From Mytilus trossulus (taxonomy: Eukaryota): a stretch of DNA of 64,000 nucleotides. This document shows positions 57,575 through 64,000 of this stretch, piece after piece. Made by a program: the position numbers and the translations under genes. Position 1 is the stretch's first letter. The number at the start of each line of letters is the position of its first letter. The notes under the pieces are model-generated. The model was given only the letters and a program-made list of their open reading frames with translations, made no database searches and was not told where the DNA came from. The DNA lies in NCBI RefSeq assembly GCF_036588685.1, contig NC_086377.1:13516001-13580000 (forward strand). Direction: 5' to 3'.

Positions 57575-59231
57575 CATGTCTGACACGTTAGATCTACCGC
57601 TGTGTAAGGTTTTCTTACACTTTGAGGTCTTTGTTAAAGTGGATTTGGCCTTTGTTAGTGCGATGCGATGCTCGTGTAGTTTTTACGCAGCTTAGCTGCC
57701 TTATGCGAGCACCCTAGATTTGTGTTCTACCCAATAAATGCTGAAATATGTGCCATTGTTATTATCTAGCTGGATGTTATGTTATTCAAACTAATTGGAC
57801 AGTTTTTTCATACTTTTATTTTTTGATTACAAAAAATTTGAGAAAAAACTTAAATGATCGTCGATTTATCCAAAAGTTTGAAGTTGCACACACATAAGAA
57901 GTAGGGGACATTAGGAATCTTTATGTAGTTTATTATCCACTGAGATTTTGGCTAAGCTGGCAAAGAACAAATGTATGAAATGTTTAATCGCCGAAAATCT
58001 CTAAAGACAAGTAGTTTAGATATCTCAAATGGCAAAAGTCGTAGGAATATTGTTTGTCGTCAATACGTAGTCAACTACGTCAGTAGCCTGTTTTTAGCAT
58101 TATTATTCATGACACCGATCTTCATTTTGTTCAACCGCTAGCTTTATACAGAAAATCGCCGACATATAATGTGTAAATTCGAGTAAAATCGTATCTGACA
58201 AAAAGAACATTGTAAACAAAATGGCTGACCTGAGAAGAAAATTACAATATCGGATCCGATTCCTGAAGCGGATATGGGTAATTCCGGGTGTTGGCGATCT
58301 TTGAACTTTAAAAAAAACAGATGACGAAATACATCTTTGCATGGTAAATAAATATAAACACTAGAATTGAAAACCAAGAGATATATGTAAAAGAATGAAA
58401 AAAACAGAAAATATTTTGTACTGAAACTCAAAATTACTTTTTGACAAATTTTAATGTCAAAATCCGATACAATGTGAGTTTTTGTACATCAGCAGTTCCT
58501 TATGCTAAGACATTCAGATTAGATCAGGAAAATTCTAGAATTATATTTTCACACAGACATAATCCAAACATTATCACAAATCCAATACTATTATGTCTGT
58601 TAAATCCAATCAAATGTACATTATACACTGCACAAATATTTCATCTTCTTGTGCACTTCCTCCTCAATGTTCACAGGATATTTAAAAACAAATTAAAATT
58701 GTTGAGCAAAGAGAACAGGAAAAGCCAGTCATCATGGTTAAGTTGTCATATCATTATGCTTCTACTTCATATCCAAAATCACAGTCTTCGTAACGCTGTA
58801 AGAAAAATGCTCCTATTTGTGTATCATGAAAATCCAAAAAGTAAATTTGCGCAAATACAAAATTTCTCCTACATATTCTATGCAACAGACATATCAACCT
58901 GAAAAAGAAAATAAACGTAATAATGATTGATTTTTTTTTATTTTTCTTTAACATACATGTTAACAAGTATATGATTATTACACACCACATAAAATTCATC
59001 GTCATTAATGTTGGTTTTAAACACATGATACTATGAAATTTATAAATCAAATTCAACCGTTATCTATATTATTTATATGTGTATAATTTATATGTGTATG
59101 TAAACAATTTCAGTGTGTATATTAACAATATGATATCAACTTATTACCTTTTAAGCTCAACCTACTGTCTCTGTTGTATAATTCTGAAGAGACGTGCATG
59201 ATGTGTAATATAGAAATAAATTATCTCTATA

Positions 59232-61740
59232 ATGAGTGAAAAACTAAATATATGTTCCCTAAACTGTCAAAGCTTAGGGCAAAAAGAAAAGAGAGAAATA
59301 TTAAAAAAAAACAAAAGTGTAATATTTTATTCATACAAGAATCACACTTTATTGAAAAACATGAAAATGTCATAAACAATGAGATAAAAGGGAAACTTTA
59401 CCATAGTTTCGGAAATTCACAATCCAGAGGCGTAACAATTCTTATAAAAGAAAACATAAAATTATTAATGAAACTAGAGATAATGATGGAAGAATAATAC
59501 TCATTAATATAGAACTTGATGGTAATATATTTACACTTCTGAATGTATATGCTCCGATCATTCGTCGAAATAGAAACTCTTTTTTCAAAAAAGTAAACAA
59601 CATCATTAACAATAACCGCTTAGGAATATTAATAATGGGGGGTGATATGAATGAAAGTTTAACTTCATTTGATAGAAAAAGTATAAGCCCTTATAATCAA
59701 AATAAACCTGTTAACAGTTTAAAACAACTAATAAAAAAATATAAACTTATTGATATTTGGAGAGAACTTGGAAAAGAAAAAACAATAGAAGTGTTGTAAG
59801 CAGAATTGATTATTTTCTAATAAGCCCAGATATAAGACTGCACATAATATCAGCAGACATAAGACCTGCACTAATATCACACACAGATCATCAAGCAATC
59901 TCTTTACAAATAAGACTTCAAGCTCAAAATAAAGGCAAAGGATTCTTTAAGATAAACAGTATACTGAATGATAAATGATAAAAAAGAAATAATAATTAAA
60001 CTTATTGATACTCATAAAGAAAAAATACTCACCAAAATAATGATCCTCGAGTTACTTGGGACATTTTCAAAACTGAAGTATGGAAGGTAACCATTGCAAA
60101 CAAAAGGCTGTTGAAAGTAACTAGAGGCTCTCAATAGCCTGTATCGCTCACCTGATTCTACTTGGGTTTTTGAAATCATATAAAAAAAATATAAATTTGG
60201 CTAAAAGTGACAAGACAACCTTATACGGAAAGGAACATTCAGGCTATGTTTAATTTCATTCAAAAGTCCCCAACTGGCGGCCATCTTTTATGATGGCAAG
60301 GCTACAATGTAACAACACTTGGTCAGCACCTCATAAGGAACATTCATGCCATGTTTGGTTTCATTCAATTCTGTGGTTCTCTAAAAGAAGTCATTTGTAT
60401 GCATTTCCCATAGGGTCCTATTTTAAAATAAGTCCCCTGCTGGCGGCCATCTTGGATGATGTATCAGCTACAAAGTAACAACACTTGGTCAGCACATCCT
60501 AAGGAACATTCATGCCATGTTTGGTTTCATTCCATTCAGTGGTTCTCTAAAAGAAGTCATTTGTATGCATTTCCCATAGAGTCCTATGTTTAACTAAGTC
60601 CCCTGTTGGCGGCCATGTTGGATAATAGATCGGCTACAAAGTAACAACACTTGGTCAGCACCACATAAGGAACATTCATGCCATGTTTGGTTTCATTCCA
60701 TTCAGTGGTTCTCTAAAATAAGTCATTTGTATGCATTTCCCATAGGGTCCTATATTAAACTAAGTCCCCCGCTGGCGACCATCTTGGATAATGGATCGGC
60801 TACAAAGTAACAACACTTGGTCAGCACCACATTAGGAACATTCATGCCATGTTTGATTTCATTCCATTCAGTGGTTCTCTAAAAGAAGTAATTTGTATGC
60901 ATTTCCCGTAGGGTGCTATGTTAAACTAAGTCCCCCGCTGGCGGCCATCTTGGATTATGGATCGGCTACAAAGTAACAACACTTGGTCAGCACCTCATAA
61001 GGAACATTCATGCCATGTTTGGTTTCATTCCATTCAGTGGTTCTCTAGAAGAAGTTCAAAATGTAAAAAAGTTAACGACGACGACGGGCGGACGACGGAC
61101 GCCAAGTGGTGAGAAAAGATCACTTCGGGCCAGGTGAGCTAAAAATAAAATTAAACATTTAGAAAATAAGTTAAAATTCGTAAATGAAAAATCAAGTAAT
61201 TCTCAACATCTTAAAAAAGAAATAAATAATGTAGAAAACAATTTACAAAATTTATATATAAAAGAAACTAGAGGTGCACAAATTAGATCCCGAGTCAGAT
61301 AAGCAGAAGAAGGGGGAAAAAACACACAATATTTTTTGGTCTTGAAAAATCAAGACAAACCTAGAAAACTGGTTCCTTCCATAGAAATGACCATGGTAAT
61401 ATCGTCACAGACGCCTCAGATATTCTTATTCTTGGGAAAAATTAATACCAAAATTTGTATAAAAGTACTAAACCTGACCCTTCAGAAATAAAAAAATATG
61501 TAAGTCAAACAAAAATAGATCACTCACTATCCAATAATGACAGTGAACTATTGGGGGCCACCTAACATTAGAAGAATGTACAAATGCTATATTTAACATA
61601 AAGCTGAATAAATCCCCTGGACTAGATGGTCTCAGTGTAGAATTTTATCGAACATTTTGGTCATACCTAAAAGAATCTGCAGTTAAAGTAATTAATACAT
61701 GTTATGAAAAAGAAGAAATGACAACTCTCCAAAAAATTCA
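59232..61740 (+). pseudogene. Degenerate L1/Tx1-clade LINE ORF2 (APE and start of RT), interrupted by a HINE
   Basis: ICSLNC, FIQESH, SRGVTILIK, DGRIILI, NVYAP, GGDMN, SRIDYFLIS, TDHQAI, GAQIRSR, KSPGLDGLSVEFY. Confidence 0.85.
60119..61145 (-). mobile_element. Complete HINE (non-autonomous Helentron) with ~166-bp tandem repeats
   Basis: Minus-strand 5' TTTTTAGCTCACCTGGCCCGAAG and (CGTC)n microsatellite; repeats at 60430, 60596, 60762, 60928; 3' CAGGTGAGCGATACAGGCTATTGAGAGCCTCTAGTT. Confidence 0.9.
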
Positions 61741-62514
61741 ATCCAATAGACTATACAGTTAATATAATGGAGAATGTGATTCAGCATATAAATACATAAC
61801 TGTTTAATCAGTTTACAGACTTGTGTTGGCTTTTTATTTAGAATTTTGTTAACACGGTACAACAACCTTTTTATTTGGGACGAACATCAAATTCATATAA
61901 TCTGCAATCACTTATTTTTAATAATTTAAAATAATGCCCTTTTTCAGACTAGTGTATATGTGTAGAGATTTAAGTCGCAGTTCTCAAAATGCAAATATAG
62001 CAACCAAACTGTTAACACAATATCTAATGACAAGCATACATATACGTGTTTCTTGTTTCTCGTTTTTTTCATATAGATTAGACCGTTGGTTTTACCGTTT
62101 ACATGGTTTTACACTAGTAATTTTGGGGCCCTTTGTAGCTTGTTTTTCGGTGTGATCCAAGGCTCTGTGTTGAAAGCCATACATTGACCTATAATGGTTT
62201 AAATTTTTTTTAAATTGTTATTTGGATGGAGAGTTGTCTCATTGGCACCCACACCACATCTTCCTATATCTATATAAACTAATATCCTATTGAATTCAAA
62301 CATGCCAAAACATGTCAAATTACACCTCCTCACAAAGATAAATTATACATGTCACGTGTTTGTTAACGAACCTCATATAGATCAAACAACCATCAATAAC
62401 ACCGTGATGTGTGCAAGACAATAGTAAACATCATGTAAATACACAACATATTTTCATTGTATATTGATTTAATGGGAGTAGACCTGGTGTATAAGAGATT
62501 ATTCTTGTATAAGT

Positions 62515-62722
62515 GGGTCCGTAGGTGCCCTGTTGCAAGGGAAAATTTCGGTCCCTATCCAATATACCCTCTTTTTCCAGTGGCAGTCCAAATTTCCCCG
62601 ACCATCATCCCGAATTGCCTCTATTAGGACCAGACCTACCTTTTGTATTTATTGTTAACTTGTTCTCGTCCTGAATATGCATGAAATATTTGCCACTGGA
62701 TGTTAAGCAATCAATCAATCAA
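62515..62722 (+). mobile_element. 5'-truncated SINE copy with TSD
   Basis: 12-bp TSD TCTTGTATAAGT (62503-62514 / 62723-62734); (CAAT)n tail. Confidence 0.9.
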
Positions 62723-63079
62723 TCTTGTATAAGTATTGAAAGTTTTTTATGCGTTTTAACATAGCAGTAAATTAAACATTGCTCAAGCATTAATGTTGTC
62801 TACATTTGGCTTTGAGATTGTAACAAACAGATCCAGTAAAGTGTACATATTTTGACACTACAAAGCATAAAACAAATTTTTCTTAGTCTTTGAGGGGTGC
62901 GTGTGTGGCCTGTTGCAATACATTTTCCCTATCCAATATACCCTCATTTTCCTCGACCATCATCCCCAATGGCCTCTATTGTAACAAGACCTACCTGTTG
63001 TATTTATTGTGAACTTGTTTTCGTCCTGACTGCATGAAATATTTGCCACTTGATGTTGAGCAACCAACAATCAATCGAC

Positions 63080-63715
63080 ATTCCATTAAATTGTTTAAGA
63101 GGCATCAAAGTCGTCATCTAGTTTGTCTAATATGAAAGACATTCCTTGTTTTCGGTAATCCATTTGTGCAGCTCCGGCACTTTCAATCTAGAGGAAATGT
63201 CTGAAAATCCTTGAAATTTGGCATACTCTCGACCAGGAATGAAGTCAAAAACACGTGCTGACTGTAGATACCATAGCAATAACGTCCTTTTTCTTCCTAT
63301 CGTATTCTAATTCACATTTTTTTGCATATTTGTAAAAAATCTCTTCTTGAATTTGTAATGTCAAAGCTGCATTTCACTTTTGTAAGTAGCATTAGCGCCT
63401 GAACATATGTTTTCTTCTTGATTGCCTGGACCAGAATTTCTACCGAGGGGTCATTAGGTAAATTATGTCCTAAACTGCCATGCATTTTTGCAGTACAATT
63501 CCAAATGTATTCATGAGCTATTGTATGAGTTAATAAAGAATAACAATAGGCCATGAATCTAAATAGCTACAGTTGGTATTTTCTATGATTTCCAATGCGA
63601 GACTTTAACATCTGATATTTAGCTTTGAGAAGAATTCTATTTCCATCTCCCATTTTGTAGGCATTATATGTGTCCCTTATCAACAGTGAACACTTCATGA
63701 AAGAAATACGGTAAA
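63080..63715 (-). pseudogene. Degenerate DUF6589/Academ-like transposase C-terminal region
   Basis: AYKMGDGNRILL..NHRKYQL*LFRFMAY..LLTHTIAHEYIWNCTAKMHGSLGHNLPND..VE resembles the 'EGDGxR..HxKYA..LxWNRxxN..G.G.NIxxD..E' pattern. Confidence 0.55.
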
Positions 63716-63730
63716 GTGCTATATGGTTAT

Positions 63731-64000
63731 TGTCGAGCCTTCGACTTAAGTCGAAAAAGCGAGACTAAGCGATCCTACATTCCGTCGTCGTCGGCGTCCA
63801 CAAATATTCACTCTGTAGTTTTTGAAATTTTAATAAATTTCTTAAACCATACTGGATTTCTACCAAACTTGGACAGAAGCTTGTTTATGATCATTAGATA
63901 GTATCCAGAAGTTAATTTTGTGAAAATAAAATTCCATTTTTTCCGTATTTTACTTATAAATGGACTTAGTTTTTTTCTGCGGGAAACATTACATTCACTC
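63731..64000 (+). mobile_element. 5' part of another HINE, cut by the window end
   Basis: 5' hairpin TTCGACTT-AAGTCGAA, then CCGTCGTCGTCGGCGTCC microsatellite and the start of repeat units (AAACATTACATTCACTC). Confidence 0.65.

Overview
AT-rich animal DNA, very likely a bivalve (Mytilus-like, inferred from the retrozyme, SINE and HINE repeat families), made almost entirely of nested transposable elements. No host gene is recognisable and there is no prokaryotic, CRISPR, rRNA or tRNA content. Main contents: (1) An apparently intact autonomous Helentron (Helitron2). Its ~2,600-aa ORF (4766/4910-12766) fuses a herpesvirus-tegument-like (VTD/peptidase C76) deubiquitinase, a modular charged-repeat array, a HUH Rep, a Pif1 helicase and an AP endonuclease. 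Its 3' end (15359-15393) is shared with a complete non-autonomous HINE at 60119-61145. (2) Degenerate EnSpm/CMC transposase and SAMD3-like accessory exons, a Crypton-type tyrosine recombinase fragment, a 160-bp hairpin and a RecQ-like helicase exon (16-27 kb). (3) A full-length, TSD-flanked but frameshifted I/Nimb-type LINE (28486-34167), plus about nine SINE copies that share its 3' tail and have an unusual fixed, non-tRNA 5' end. (4) Retrozyme repeats carrying type I hammerhead ribozymes. (5) An internally deleted BEL/Pao LTR element, a Zator-like transposase relic, a canonical Helitron (about 42123-51191) with a candidate spliced passenger gene, and L1/Tx1 and DUF6589/Academ-like relics. 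All family assignments come from motif recognition by eye; no database searches were run.
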